This document shows positions 39,154 to 49,521 of a stretch of DNA of 64,000 bases, in pieces. The stretch's first letter is position 1, and the number at the start of each line of letters is the position of its first letter. This DNA is from Cellulomonas sp. Its GTDB lineage: Bacteria; Actinomycetota; Actinomycetes; Actinomycetales; Cellulomonadaceae. The notes beneath the pieces were generated by a model that did no database searches, had not been told where the DNA came from, and saw nothing but the letters and a program-made list of their open reading frames with translations. The translations under genes were made by a program, and so were the position numbers. The stretch is taken from assembly GCA_036786355.1 (NCBI GenBank), contig DAIQRI010000008.1, positions 1,919 through 65,918 on the forward strand. Direction: 5' to 3'.

Positions 39154-42100
39154 CTAGCGGGCGAACGACTCGCGGATGAGCTCGTCCTGCTCGGCCTTGT
39201 GCTTCTTCGCGGAACCCGCCGCGGGCGACGCCGAGGCGGCGCGTGACACGACCCGCAACGGCCGGTCGAGCAGCGGCGCCGCGTTCATCTTCATGTGCGT
39301 CCACGCACCCTGGTTGGCCGGCTCCTCCTGGACCCAGATCAGCTCGGCGTCCGGGTACGGCGCGAGGGCGTCGTACAGGCCGGCGCCGCTGATCGGGTAG
39401 AGCTGCTCGAGGCGGACGATCGCCGTCTTGTTGTCGCCCGACTCCGTGCGGTGCGCGAGCAGGTCCCAGTAGACCTTGCCGGAGCACAGCAGGACGCGGT
39501 CGACGCCGGTCGTCAGGACGTCCTCGCCGATCACCTCGCGGAACGTGCCCGTGGTGAAGTCCTCGACCGGTGATGCGGCGGCCTTCAGGCGCAGCATCGA
39601 CTTCGGCGTGAGCACCACGAGCGGGCGGCGCGGCCGGGCGTACGCCTGGCGACGCAGCAGGTGGAAGTACGACGCGGGCGTCGTCGGCGCGGCGACCGTC
39701 ATGTTGTTCTCGGCGCACAGCTGCAGGAAGCGCTCCGGCCGTGCGGACGAGTGGTCCGGCCCCTGGCCCTCGAAGCCGTGCGGGAGGAGCAGCACGACCG
39801 AGGTCCGCTGGGCCCACTTCTGCTCGGCGGAGGTGATGAACTCGTCGATGATCGTCTGGGCGCCGCCCACGAAGTCACCGAACTGGGCCTCCCAGAGCAC
39901 CAGGGCGTCCGGACGCTCCACGGAGTAGCCGTACTCGAAGCCGAGCGCGGCGTACTCGCTCAACGAGGAGTCGTACACCCAGAACTTCGCCTGGTCGCTC
40001 GACAGGTACAGCAGCGGGGTCCACTCGGCCCCGGTCTTGCGGTCGTGCATGACGGCGTGCCGCTGCACGAAGGTGCCGCGCCGCGAGTCCTGGCCGGCCA
40101 GGCGCACCGGGGTGCCCTCGATCAGCAGCGAGCCGAACGCGAGGATCTCGCCGTAGCCCCAGTCGATGCTGCCGTCGTGGGACATCTGCTCTCGCTTGGC
40201 GAGCAGCTGCGCGAGCTTGGGGTGCACCGTGAAGCCCTCCGGCGGGTGCGTGTGCGCGCGCCCGATCCGTTCCAGGACCGACGAGTCGACCGCCGTCTGC
40301 CAGCCGATCATCGCGCCGGCGTCCTCGAGCTGTGCCTCGGGGCGCTCGAGACCGGCGACGGGCTCGGACGACGCCGGCGCGGTGTAGCCGCCCTCGCGCG
40401 TCTCGGTGAAGACCCGCTCGAGCTGGGCCTGGTAGTCCTTGAGGACGTGCTCGGCCTCGGCGAGGGTGATGTCGCCGCGGGCGACGAGGGACTCGGTGTA
40501 GAGCTTGCGCACCGAGCGCTTCGCCTCGATGAGGTTGTACATGAGCGGCTGCGTCATCGACGGGTCGTCGCCCTCGTTGTGACCGCGGCGGCGGTAGCAG
40601 ATCATGTCGACGATCACGTCGCGGTCGAACTGCTCACGGAACTCGAACGCGAGCTCGGCGACCCGCACGCACGCCTCGGGGTCGTCCCCGTTCACGTGCA
40701 GGATCGGGACCTGCAGGCCCTTGGCGACGTCGGTCGCGTACAGCGTGGAGCGCGACGCGCTCGGGCCGGTCGTGAACCCGACCTGGTTGTTGATGATCAC
40801 GTGGATCGTGCCGCCGGTGCGGTAGCCGCGCAGCTGGGAGAGGTTCAGCGTCTCCACCACGACGCCCTGGCCGGCGAAGGCCGCGTCGCCGTGCAGCAGG
40901 ATCGGCAGCACCGAGAAGCCGTCGCCGCCGAGGTCGATCCGGTCCTGCTTGGCGCGCACGATGCCCTCGAGCACCGGGTCGACCGCTTCGAGGTGGGACG
41001 GGTTCGCCGCGAGGTGCACCTTGGTGGTCGCGCCCGACTCGGCGGTGAACTTGCCCTCGGTGCCGAGGTGGTACTTCACGTCGCCCGAGCCCTGGACCGA
41101 CTTCGGGTCCTGGTTGCCCTCGAACTCGCTGAAGATCTGGCCGTAGCTCTTGCCGGCGATGTTCGCGAGGATGTTCAGCCGCCCGCGGTGGGCCATGCCG
41201 ATGGCGACCTCGTCGAGGCCGTTGTCCGCGGCCTTGGACAGGATCGCGTCCAGCAGCGGGATCACGGCCTCGCCGCCCTCGAGAGAGAACCGCTTCTGCC
41301 CGACGTACTTGGTCTGCAGGAAGCTCTCGAACGCCTCGGCGGCGTTCAGCCGGCGCAGGATTCGCAGCTGGTCCTCGCGCGGGGTGCGTGCGTGGCCGGC
41401 CTCGAGCCGCTCCTGGAGCCAGCGCCGCTGGCGGGGGTCGGCCAGGTGCATGTACTCCACACCGATGGTGCGGCAGTAGGAGTCGCGCAGCAGGCCGAGC
41501 ACCTCGCGCAGCTTCGCGCGGGACTTGCCGCCGAACCCACCGGTCGGGAACGTCCGGTCCAGGTCCCACAGCGTCAGGCCGTGCGTCTGGACGTCCAGGT
41601 CCGGGTGCTTGCGCTGGTGGTAGGCGAGCGGGTCCGTGTCGGCCATCAGGTGGCCGCGCGAGCGGTAGGAGTGGATCAGCTCGGCGATCCGGGCGGGCTT
41701 GCCGAGCTCGGCGTCCTGGTCGAACGAGGGGTCGCGCACCCACCGCACCGGCTCGTACGGGACGCGCAGCGCCGCGAAGATCCGGTCGTAGAAGCCGTCT
41801 AGGCCGAGCAGCTTGTTCCCGATGATGCGCAGGAAGTCACCAGACTGGGCGCCCTGGATGATCCGGTGGTCGTACGTCGAGGTGATCGTGAGCACCTTCG
41901 AGATGCCCATCCGGTTGAGCTGGTCCTCGCTGGTCCCCGCGAACTCCGCGGGGTAGTCCATCGCGCCGACGCCGATGATCGCGCCCTGGCCCGCCATCAG
42001 GCGCGGCACCGAGTGCACCGTGCCGATGGTGCCGGGGTTCGTCAGCGTGAGGGTGGTACCGGCGAAGTCGGTGACCGTGAGCTTGTTGCTGCGTGCCCGG

Positions 42101-42972
42101 CGCACGACGTCCTCGTAGCCTGCCCAGAACTGGGCGAAGTCCATCGTGTCCGCGCGCTTGATGCTGGGCACCAGGAGCTGGCGCGTGCCGTCCGGCTTGG
42201 GCAGGTCGATCGCGAGGCCGAGGTTCACGTGCGCGGGGCTGACGACGGCGGGCTTGCCGTCCAGCTGCGTGTAGGCGGAGTTCATCGCGGGCATCTCGGC
42301 GAGCGCCTCGACCAGCGCGAAGCCGATCAGGTGCGTGAAGGAGACCTTGCCCCCGCGTGCGCGGATCAGGTGGTTGTTGATGACGATGCGGTTGTCGACC
42401 ATCAGCTTGGCGGCGATCGCGCGGACCGACGTCGCCGTCGGCACCCCGAGGCTGGACTCCATGTTGACCACGACGCGCGCGGCGGGGCCCTTGAGCCGGG
42501 CGACCTCGTCCTGCGCCTCGACCGCATCGCTCGCCGGGTACAGCGTCTTCGCGGGGACCTCCGCGTAGGGCGCGGTCGCGGGCCGGGCGGTCGCGACCGG
42601 GGCCTCGTCCTCCTCGGGTGCGACCGTCGGCGTCGTGGCGGACGGTGCCGGTGCCGGTGCCGCGGCCGGCTTCGCGGTCGTCGGTGCCGGGGGCGCCGAC
42701 GGCGGCGCGACGGCGGGCGGTGCGGCCGGAGCCAACGGTGTTGCCGTGGCCCGACCGTTCACCACGCTGGAGACCGGTATGGTCTCGAGCGCCTCGGGCT
42801 CTGGCGACGCGTCGGCGGCGGCCTCGACTGGCTTGTAGTCGAGGAAGAACTCCCACCACGCCGGGTCTACCGCGCTCTTGTCTTTCAAATACTGCTCGTA
42901 CAGATCGTCTACAAGCCATTCGTTGGCGCCGAATTCAGCGCGGAGCGAATCAGACTCAGACTTCTGGGACAC
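39154..42972 (-). CDS. kgd: Multifunctional 2-oxoglutarate decarboxylase/dehydrogenase E1 with a fused E2-like acyltransferase domain (Kgd/OdhA type)
   Basis: The 1272-aa ORF has an N-terminal Ala/Pro linker, an E2-type catalytic segment ([18 protein letters not shown]) and then a SucA-type E1 region (ThDP-binding domains). Confidence 0.95.
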   Translation of the reverse strand: MSQKSESDSLRAEFGANEWLVDDLYEQYLKDKSAVDPAWWEFFLDYKPVEAAADASPEPEALETIPVSSVVNGRATATPLAPAAPPAVAPPSAPPAPTTAKPAAAPAPAPSATTPTVAPEEDEAPVATARPATAPYAEVPAKTLYPASDAVEAQDEVARLKGPAARVVVNMESSLGVPTATSVRAIAAKLMVDNRIVINNHLIRARGGKVSFTHLIGFALVEALAEMPAMNSAYTQLDGKPAVVSPAHVNLGLAIDLPKPDGTRQLLVPSIKRADTMDFAQFWAGYEDVVRRARSNKLTVTDFAGTTLTLTNPGTIGTVHSVPRLMAGQGAIIGVGAMDYPAEFAGTSEDQLNRMGISKVLTITSTYDHRIIQGAQSGDFLRIIGNKLLGLDGFYDRIFAALRVPYEPVRWVRDPSFDQDAELGKPARIAELIHSYRSRGHLMADTDPLAYHQRKHPDLDVQTHGLTLWDLDRTFPTGGFGGKSRAKLREVLGLLRDSYCRTIGVEYMHLADPRQRRWLQERLEAGHARTPREDQLRILRRLNAAEAFESFLQTKYVGQKRFSLEGGEAVIPLLDAILSKAADNGLDEVAIGMAHRGRLNILANIAGKSYGQIFSEFEGNQDPKSVQGSGDVKYHLGTEGKFTAESGATTKVHLAANPSHLEAVDPVLEGIVRAKQDRIDLGGDGFSVLPILLHGDAAFAGQGVVVETLNLSQLRGYRTGGTIHVIINNQVGFTTGPSASRSTLYATDVAKGLQVPILHVNGDDPEACVRVAELAFEFREQFDRDVIVDMICYRRRGHNEGDDPSMTQPLMYNLIEAKRSVRKLYTESLVARGDITLAEAEHVLKDYQAQLERVFTETREGGYTAPASSEPVAGLERPEAQLEDAGAMIGWQTAVDSSVLERIGRAHTHPPEGFTVHPKLAQLLAKREQMSHDGSIDWGYGEILAFGSLLIEGTPVRLAGQDSRRGTFVQRHAVMHDRKTGAEWTPLLYLSSDQAKFWVYDSSLSEYAALGFEYGYSVERPDALVLWEAQFGDFVGGAQTIIDEFITSAEQKWAQRTSVVLLLPHGFEGQGPDHSSARPERFLQLCAENNMTVAAPTTPASYFHLLRRQAYARPRRPLVVLTPKSMLRLKAAASPVEDFTTGTFREVIGEDVLTTGVDRVLLCSGKVYWDLLAHRTESGDNKTAIVRLEQLYPISGAGLYDALAPYPDAELIWVQEEPANQGAWTHMKMNAAPLLDRPLRVVSRAASASPAAGSAKKHKAEQDELIRESFAR

Positions 42973-43192
42973 GTTGACGTTCGCCCGCTTCCGTCACGGC
43001 ACACCGACCGCTTCGTTGGTGATCAAGGTTGACGTCAACACTATGCCCTCCCGAAGGCGGGACGAACGTCCCAGACGCGCCTGGCGGCGGGCGCTCGGGG
43101 TGATCTTGCGCACCCTTGCAGAGCATGGCAAACGATCGGCAATCGGCGCCCCGATAGGTACCCAAGATCCGGTCCGCAGCGCCCCAGGAAGG

Positions 43193-44014
43193 TCAGGTGA
43201 TGTCCTTGCGCAGCGCCGACACCCGACCGATGCCGGCGAACACCAGCCCGTAGCCGAGCAGGACCGCCAATCCGGCCCAGGACCCCAGCAAATTCGCGGT
43301 CAGGCCGCTGGACGCATAGAACGACGCGCCCGTGATGGCCTCGCCGGCCGCGCCGGGCAGGAACTTCGAGATGCCGCTCGACCAGTCGAACTGCGCGAGC
43401 CCGAAGCGCAGGATCGGCTCCACGAACTGGGTGAATGCGAGCAGCACGACGATCACCGCCACCTGGTTCGTCAGGAACGTCCCGAACCCGACCCCGACGA
43501 CCGTCCACACCGTCAGGGCGAGCACGGACAACCCGGCGCTGCGCAGCACGATCGGGTCCGTGAGGAAGGACGGCTCACCGAGCAGCGCGAGCACGCCCGC
43601 GCCCGCGCCGACCGTCGCGAGGGTGCCCACGACACCGAACAGCAGCCCGACGGCGACGCTCGAGAGCATCTTCGCGACGAGCACGACGGCGCGCCGAGGT
43701 TCGGCGAGGAACGTGGGCGTGATGGTCTGGTGGCGGAACTCGCTGGTCATGGCCAGGGCGCCCACGATGACCGGGAAGACGTAGCCGAGCGAGGTGGCGA
43801 GCGTGTAGATGGTACGCGCGACCTCCTGCGCGGACGGGGCGGCGGGCTGGGCGGCGCCCGGGAAGCCCGAGCTCATCGAGCTCGGGTCCTGGGTGAAGAC
43901 GAAGGCCATCACGCCCGCGAGGAACGCCATGTAGGCGGCCATGGCGACCAGCAGGATCCACCAGAGCCGCGTCGTGACGAGCTTGCGGTACTCCGTGCGC
44001 AGTGCGGCGTTCAT
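43193..44014 (-). CDS. ABC-2 type transporter permease
   Basis: The 273-aa ORF has six predicted hydrophobic helices. It begins MNAALRTEYRKLVTTRLWWILL. Its start overlaps the upstream ATPase stop by 4 nt. Confidence 0.75.
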   Translation of the reverse strand: MNAALRTEYRKLVTTRLWWILLVAMAAYMAFLAGVMAFVFTQDPSSMSSGFPGAAQPAAPSAQEVARTIYTLATSLGYVFPVIVGALAMTSEFRHQTITPTFLAEPRRAVVLVAKMLSSVAVGLLFGVVGTLATVGAGAGVLALLGEPSFLTDPIVLRSAGLSVLALTVWTVVGVGFGTFLTNQVAVIVVLLAFTQFVEPILRFGLAQFDWSSGISKFLPGAAGEAITGASFYASSGLTANLLGSWAGLAVLLGYGLVFAGIGRVSALRKDIT

Positions 44015-44946
44015 GCCGGGCCTTCTTGCTGGTCGTCGTCCTCCACGAGCTGCAGGAAGATCCCCTCGAGCCCGACGTCACGTGCCGCGAGCTCGTGCAG
44101 CTCGAGCCCGGCCGCGAATGCCCGCGCCCCGACCTCGGGCGCCCCGATTCGCCGGATCACGGCCGTCCCCGGCGTCCGGACCGCCTGCGGGTCAGCCAGC
44201 ACGGACCAGCCGGCCGTCTCGATCAGGCGGTCCAGTCCGGCGGCGTCGGGCAACACGACCCTGACCCTCGGCTCGGCGAGGGCGGCGAGCTCGGCGAGCG
44301 GCGAGGAGTGCACCAGCCGGCCCCGGGCGATGATGACGACGTCGTCGACGGTCTGCTCGACCTCCGACAGGACGTGGCTCGAGACGAGCACCGTGCGGCC
44401 CTCGGCGGCGAGGTGTCGCAGCAGGCCGCGCAGCCAGGCGATGCCCTCGGGGTCCAGCCCGTTCGCGGGTTCGTCCAGCAGCAGCACGCGCGGGTCGCCG
44501 AGCAGGGTGCCGGCCAGGGCCAGCCGCTGGCGCATGCCGAGCGAGAAGGTGCCCACCCGGCGCCCCTCGACGGTGTCCATCCCGACCAGCGCCAGCACCT
44601 CGCGGCAGCGCGCATCGCTCACCCCGACCTGCGGGGCGTACACCCGCAGGTGGTCCAGGGCGCTGCGGCCCGGATGGAAGCTCGCTGCCTCGAGCGCCGC
44701 GCCGACGATGCGCATCGGCCGCGGCATGCGCGCGTACTGCTGCCCGCCGATGGTGGCCGACCCCGCCGTCGGGCGCACGAGGCCGAGCAGGATGCGCAGG
44801 GTCGTCGTCTTGCCCGCACCGTTCGGGCCGAGGAACCCCGTGACCCGTCCCGGTTGCACGCTGAAGGACAGGTCGTCCACCGCGCGCACCGCCCCGAACG
44901 TCTTGCTGAGGTGGTCGATGACGATGACGCCGTCGGTGCTGGTCAC
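44011..44946 (-). CDS. ABC transporter ATP-binding protein (exporter type, partner of the ABC-2 permease)
   Basis: The 311-aa ORF has Walker A (GPNGAGKTT), the signature (FSLGMRQR) and Walker B (LLLDEPANGLD). Confidence 0.9.
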   Translation of the reverse strand: MTSTDGVIVIDHLSKTFGAVRAVDDLSFSVQPGRVTGFLGPNGAGKTTTLRILLGLVRPTAGSATIGGQQYARMPRPMRIVGAALEAASFHPGRSALDHLRVYAPQVGVSDARCREVLALVGMDTVEGRRVGTFSLGMRQRLALAGTLLGDPRVLLLDEPANGLDPEGIAWLRGLLRHLAAEGRTVLVSSHVLSEVEQTVDDVVIIARGRLVHSSPLAELAALAEPRVRVVLPDAAGLDRLIETAGWSVLADPQAVRTPGTAVIRRIGAPEVGARAFAAGLELHELAARDVGLEGIFLQLVEDDDQQEGPA

Positions 44947-46058
44947 AGGGTGCCTTCCGGCCGGTCGGAGCCGGTGGAGTCCGGCGACCAGGAGGGCGTC
45001 AGCTGCCTCGGCAGGGTGAGGCGCATCGTGCAGCCGCTGGCGGTGTCGGCGACCTCGATCGTGCCGCCGTGCAGCCCGACCGCCCAGCGCACGATCGCGA
45101 GCCCGATGCCGGTGCCGCCGGTCGGGATCTGTCCGGTCTGGGCGGAGGAGTTGCCGCGTGCGAACCGCTCGAAGACCAGCTCGCGCTGCTCGGGGGCGAT
45201 TCCGGGCCCGTGGTCCACGACGTCGATCACGACGTCGTCGCCGCGCTGGGTGGCCGCGATCCGGACCTCCTCACCCGGTGGGGAGTGCCGCACCGCGTTG
45301 TGCAGCAGGTTCGCGACGACCTGGTGCAGCCGCTCGGCGTCGGCCACCAGGGTGAGCCCGGGCGGGGTGACGGTGACCTGGAAGGTGAGGGACTTCTCGG
45401 TCCCGACGAGCGCCGCGCGGTCGGTGGCCTCGCGCAGGAACGCCTCGAGCTGGACCTCGGCGAGCTCGAGGCCGACGGCGCCGGCCTCGATCCGCGACAT
45501 GTCGAGCAGGTAGGTGATGAGCCGCCCGAGGCGCTCGGTCTGGGCCAGCGCGGCCGCCATCGTCTCCGCGTCGGGCTGCGTGACGCCGTCGACGATGTTC
45601 TCCAGCTGGGCCTGCAGCGCGGTGACGGGGGTGCGGAGCTCGTGCGAGACGTTCGCGACGATCTCGCGGCGCAGCAGGTCGATCGAACCGAGGTCGTCGG
45701 CCATCGTGTTGAAGGCGTGCCCGAGCTGGCCGACCTCGTCCCGGCTGGTGGCTCGCACCCGCTGGGAGTAGTCGCCGCTCGCCATCGCGCGCGCCGCCGC
45801 GGTCATCTCCCGCAGTGGTGACGTCATGCCCCGCGCGAGCAGCTGGGTCAGCACGAGCGAGACGACGATGGCGAGCGGCATCGTGCGGGTGGGCCCCAGG
45901 TGGTTGTACAGGCCGATCCAGGTGAGGAACGAGGCCATCGTCACGGTGGCGGCGACCAGGATGCCGAGCTTGATCTTGATCGAGCGGAACCGGTCGAGCG
46001 GGCGCACGTCCGGGAGCCGGTCCCGGTACGCGCCGCGGACGTGGCGGGGGACGGACAC
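44943..46058 (-). CDS. Sensor histidine kinase (two TM helices, HAMP, HisKA, HATPase)
   Basis: The 371-aa ORF has a HAMP region, the H-box VANVSHELRTPVT and the G-box GGTGIGLAIV. Its stop overlaps the start of the downstream ABC ATPase gene (44011..44946) by 4 nt. Confidence 0.85.
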   Translation of the reverse strand: MSVPRHVRGAYRDRLPDVRPLDRFRSIKIKLGILVAATVTMASFLTWIGLYNHLGPTRTMPLAIVVSLVLTQLLARGMTSPLREMTAAARAMASGDYSQRVRATSRDEVGQLGHAFNTMADDLGSIDLLRREIVANVSHELRTPVTALQAQLENIVDGVTQPDAETMAAALAQTERLGRLITYLLDMSRIEAGAVGLELAEVQLEAFLREATDRAALVGTEKSLTFQVTVTPPGLTLVADAERLHQVVANLLHNAVRHSPPGEEVRIAATQRGDDVVIDVVDHGPGIAPEQRELVFERFARGNSSAQTGQIPTGGTGIGLAIVRWAVGLHGGTIEVADTASGCTMRLTLPRQLTPSWSPDSTGSDRPEGTL

Positions 46059-46059
46059 C

Positions 46060-46800
46060 TCAGTCCTCGGTGCCGGCCGGGGGCTCGAACGCGTAGCCGA
46101 CGCCGTGCACCGTGCGGATCAGGTCGGCGCCGAGCTTGCGGCGCAGCGCCTTGATGTGGGAGTCCACGGTGCGGGTCCCGCTCGCGTCGACCCAGTCCCA
46201 GACCTCGGCCAGCAGGCGCTCGCGGGTGAGCACCGTGCGGGGGCTGCTGGCGAGCGTGACCAGCAGGTCGAACTCGGTCGGGGTCAGGTGGACCTGGGCG
46301 CCGGCGCGTGAGACGCGGCGCTGGGCCCGGTCGATGAGCACGTCGCCGATGGCGATCGGTGGTTCCCCAGGCTGGTTCGCGGCGCTCGCCTCGGCGGCGC
46401 GCAGGGCCCGCTCGGTGCGTCGCAGCAGCGCCTTGGACCGCGCGACGAGCTCGCGCATCGAGAACGGCTTGGTCATGTAGTCGTCCGCGCCGACCCCGAG
46501 CCCGACGAGCACGTCCGTCTCGTCGTCGCGCGCGGTGAGCATGAGCACCGGCACGGCCCGCTCGGCCTGGATGAGCCGGCACACCTCGAGGCCGTCGATG
46601 CCCGGCAGCATCAGGTCGAGCACGACGAGATCGGGGCGCAGCCGGTGCGCGGCGGCGATGCCGGCGTGGCCGTCCGCGGCGATCTCCACGGTCCAACCCT
46701 CCGACGCGAGCCGCTGCGCGATGGCGGTCGCGATCGCCGGCTCGTCCTCCACGACGAGCACGACGGCTTCGCTCGACGATGCGGTGGACGTCACTGACAT
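46060..46800 (-). CDS. OmpR-family response regulator
   Basis: This is the C-terminal 246 codons of ORF 46060..47991(-), with the start at the ATG at 46800 (MSVTSTASSSEAVVLVVEDEP). It has a receiver domain plus a winged-helix domain (LTPTEFDLLVTLASSPRTVLTRERLL). Its stop lies 1 nt before the HK start. Confidence 0.9.
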   Translation of the reverse strand: MSVTSTASSSEAVVLVVEDEPAIATAIAQRLASEGWTVEIAADGHAGIAAAHRLRPDLVVLDLMLPGIDGLEVCRLIQAERAVPVLMLTARDDETDVLVGLGVGADDYMTKPFSMRELVARSKALLRRTERALRAAEASAANQPGEPPIAIGDVLIDRAQRRVSRAGAQVHLTPTEFDLLVTLASSPRTVLTRERLLAEVWDWVDASGTRTVDSHIKALRRKLGADLIRTVHGVGYAFEPPAGTED

Positions 46801-46959
46801 GGAACAAGCCTGGCACAAGCCCTCGCGCCGGGTGCCCCGTATGATTGAGCGCATCATGACCAGCTCAAGTATCGGCCGGTGGTGCTCCCCGCGGGAACAC
46901 GCTGCCGGCCCCTCCATTGTCCTGATCCCCGCCACGGCGGCCAGCGCTCGTGATGCCAC

Positions 46960-48270
46960 GTGCTGAACGACTGGCTCTACGTCGCACTGGGCGTCCTCCT
47001 CACGTTCGGCACCGCGCTGTTCGTGTCGACCGAGTTCTCCTTGATCGCCCTGGACCCGGGTCTGGTCGAGAAGGCCACTGCGCCGGACGACCGGCGCGGG
47101 CAGTCCGTGCTCAAGGCGCTGGCGCACCTGTCGACCGAGCTCTCCGGCGCCCAGGTGGGGATCACCGTCACCACGATCCTGCTCGGCTACACCACCCAGC
47201 CCGCCGTGAACCGGCTGCTCGGCGGGGCGCTGGACGGGTGGCTCGGCGCGTCCGTGAGCGGGGTCCTGGCGACCATCGGTGCGGTCCTGCTGGTCAACGT
47301 GTTCTCCATGCTGTTCGGGGAGCTGGTGCCCAAGAACTTCGCGATCAGCCGCCCGCTGGGGACCGCGCGGACCGTCGCCCCGCTGCAGCGCGGATTCACG
47401 CTCGCGCTGCGGCCGCTCATCGCGCTGTTCAACAACAACGCGAACGGGCTGCTGCGCCGGTTCGGCGTCGTGCCGCGCGAGGGGCTCTCCGGCGGCCGTT
47501 CGCCGCAGGAGCTCGCGTCCCTCGTGCGTCGCTCGGCCGCGATCGGCACCCTCGACGAGGCGACCGCGATGCGCCTGACGAACACCATCGAGCTCGACGA
47601 GCTCACCGCCGTCGACGTCATGACCGACCGGATGCGGCTGGTCGTCGTGCGCCGCGACGAGACCGCGGCCGACGTCGTGGCCCGCGCGCGGGAGTCCGGG
47701 CACTCCCGGTTCCCGGTCATCGACTCCTCGCGCGACGACATCGTCGGCCTGGTGCACCTGCGCCGCGCGATCGCCGTCCCGTACGAGCGCCGGAGCGACG
47801 TGCCCGCGGCGGCCCTGATGGTCGAGGCGCCACGCGTGCCCGAGACCGTCGGCGTCGGGCCGCTGCTCGTCGAGCTGCGCGAGCTCGGCATGCAGATGGC
47901 CGTCGTCGTGGACGAGTACGGCGGCACGGCCGGGATCGTCACGTTCGAGGACGTCGTGGAGGAGCTCGTGGGCGAGGTGTCCGACGAGCACGACCTGAGC
48001 CGCGCGGGCACGTCCCGCCTGCCCGACGGCGCCTGGGTCCTGCCCGGCGACCTGCGTCCCGACGAGTTGGCCGAGGTCACCGCGCTCGTGGTGCCCGACG
48101 ACGGCCCGTACGAGACCCTCGGCGGTCTGGTGATGATGGTCCTCGGCCGGATCCCGGCGGTCGGCGACGAGATCGACGTGCCCGGGGTCCGGTTGCGGAT
48201 CGAGCAGATGGCCGGACGACGTGTCGAGCGGGTCCGCGTGACCCCCACCCAGACCAAGGCGAGCGAATGA
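46960..48270 (+). CDS. CNNM/hemolysin-family membrane protein (DUF21 + CBS pair + CorC_HlyC)
   Basis: The 436-aa ORF has a DUF21 N-domain (FVSTEFSLIAL...), a CBS pair, and a C-terminal CorC/HlyC-like domain (ETLGGLVMMVLGRIPAVGDEI). Confidence 0.85.
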   Translation: MLNDWLYVALGVLLTFGTALFVSTEFSLIALDPGLVEKATAPDDRRGQSVLKALAHLSTELSGAQVGITVTTILLGYTTQPAVNRLLGGALDGWLGASVSGVLATIGAVLLVNVFSMLFGELVPKNFAISRPLGTARTVAPLQRGFTLALRPLIALFNNNANGLLRRFGVVPREGLSGGRSPQELASLVRRSAAIGTLDEATAMRLTNTIELDELTAVDVMTDRMRLVVVRRDETAADVVARARESGHSRFPVIDSSRDDIVGLVHLRRAIAVPYERRSDVPAAALMVEAPRVPETVGVGPLLVELRELGMQMAVVVDEYGGTAGIVTFEDVVEELVGEVSDEHDLSRAGTSRLPDGAWVLPGDLRPDELAEVTALVVPDDGPYETLGGLVMMVLGRIPAVGDEIDVPGVRLRIEQMAGRRVERVRVTPTQTKASE

Positions 48271-49316
48271 GCACCGGTACGGCCCTGCTGATCGCCGTCG
48301 TCCTGCTGGCCTCGAACGCCTTCTTCGTCGGCGCGGAGTTCGCGATCATCTCCGCGCGGCGCAGCGCGGTCGAGCCGCTCGCCGAGGCCGGCAACGTGCG
48401 CGCGCGCACCGTGCTGTGGGCGATGGAGAACGTGTCCCTGATGCTCGCGTGCGCGCAGCTCGGGATCACGGTGTGCTCGACGGGGCTCGGCGTCGTCGCC
48501 GAGCCCGCCATCGCGCACCTGATCAGCGGGCCGCTGGTGGCGATCGGCGCGCACGCCGAGCTCGCGCACCCGATCGCGTTCGTGGTCGCCCTCGTCCTGG
48601 TGGTGTACCTGCACGTCGTGCTCGGCGAGATGGTGCCGAAGAACCTCGCGGTGGCCGGGCCCGACCGTGCGGTCATGTGGTTCGGACCGCCGCTGGTGTG
48701 GATCGCGCGCGTGGTGGCTCCGGTGATCGGGGCGCTGAACTGGATGGCGAACCACGTGCTGCGGCTGTTCGGGGTCGAGCCGCGCGGCGAGATCGCGTCC
48801 GCGTTCACCGCGCAGGAGGTGCAGTCGATCGTCGAGCGCTCGCAGGCGGAGGGCCTGCTGGACGACGCCCAGGGCCTGCTCGCGGGCGCGATCGAGTTCT
48901 CCGACCTCACCGCTCGGGACGTCATGGTGCCGATCGAGCGCCTGGTGAGCGTGCAGGGCGACACCACACCCGCGGAGGTCGAGCGCCTCGTCGCGCGCAC
49001 CGGGTACAGCCGGTTCCCGGTGGCGCCGGATGCTGCGGCGGACGACATCGCGGGCTACCTCCACCTCAAGGACGTGCTCTACGCCAACGAGGCGGAGCGG
49101 ACCCAGCCCGTGCCGGCCTGGCGGGTGCGCGGGCTGGCCTCGGTCACCGCCGGCGCCGAGATCGAGGATGCGCTCGCGGCGATGCAGCGCTCGGGCGCGC
49201 ACCTGGTGCGGGTCGAGCAGGAGGGTCGCTGCCTCGGGGTGGTGTTCCTCGAGGACGTCCTGGAGGAGCTCGTGGGCGAGGTTCGCGACGCGATGCAGCG
49301 GGGCAGGTTCCGCTGA
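48267..49316 (+). CDS. CNNM/hemolysin-family membrane protein (DUF21 + CBS pair, no CorC_HlyC domain)
   Basis: It is in frame within ORF 46950..49316(+). The ATG at 48267 overlaps the upstream stop as ATGA. It reads MSTGTALLIAVVLLASNAFFVGAEFAIISARRS, followed by a CBS pair. Confidence 0.85.
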   Translation: MSTGTALLIAVVLLASNAFFVGAEFAIISARRSAVEPLAEAGNVRARTVLWAMENVSLMLACAQLGITVCSTGLGVVAEPAIAHLISGPLVAIGAHAELAHPIAFVVALVLVVYLHVVLGEMVPKNLAVAGPDRAVMWFGPPLVWIARVVAPVIGALNWMANHVLRLFGVEPRGEIASAFTAQEVQSIVERSQAEGLLDDAQGLLAGAIEFSDLTARDVMVPIERLVSVQGDTTPAEVERLVARTGYSRFPVAPDAAADDIAGYLHLKDVLYANEAERTQPVPAWRVRGLASVTAGAEIEDALAAMQRSGAHLVRVEQEGRCLGVVFLEDVLEELVGEVRDAMQRGRFR

Positions 49317-49427
49317 GGCGAAGGTCACTCCCGACGCCCGCTCGCCGCCGGCTGCGGGCCGGGGCACATGTCCCGGTATGGGGGAGATTCCATTCCCGGG
49401 AGTGGGTGTGATGTCCACTACGTGGAT

Positions 49428-49456
49428 TTGAAATCGGAATCACGGCTCGTTATGGT
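49428..49456 (+). promoter_or_regulatory. Candidate housekeeping-sigma promoter (TTGAAA-17 nt-TATGGT) upstream of the M15 peptidase gene
   Basis: TTGAAA lies at 49428-49433, followed by a 17-nt spacer and TATGGT at 49451-49456. It sits in a locally AT-richer intergenic stretch. Confidence 0.4.
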
Positions 49457-49521
49457 TTCGTGACCGCCCCCACCTGGTGGGGTCTGGCGCCTCGCGCCGG
49501 TGACTGACACGGCGGTCGTGC

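Noticed and set aside
39661-43032. Plus-strand ORFs 39661..41802 (713 aa) and 41866..43032 (388 aa)
   Set aside because: They are antisense to the 1272-aa kgd gene, which has clear E1 and E2 motifs. They are low in complexity with no recognisable domains.
46801-47991. N-terminal 397 aa of ORF 46060..47991 (minus)
   Set aside because: Only the last 246 codons form an OmpR-type regulator. The upstream part is antisense to the CNNM gene and lacks protein-like features.
49317-49521. Cyclic-di-AMP (ydaO-type) riboswitch upstream of the M15 cell-wall peptidase
   Set aside because: There are some GGGGAG and GAATC-like words. I could not assemble the pseudo-two-fold ydaO architecture by eye, so I report only a promoter and leader.
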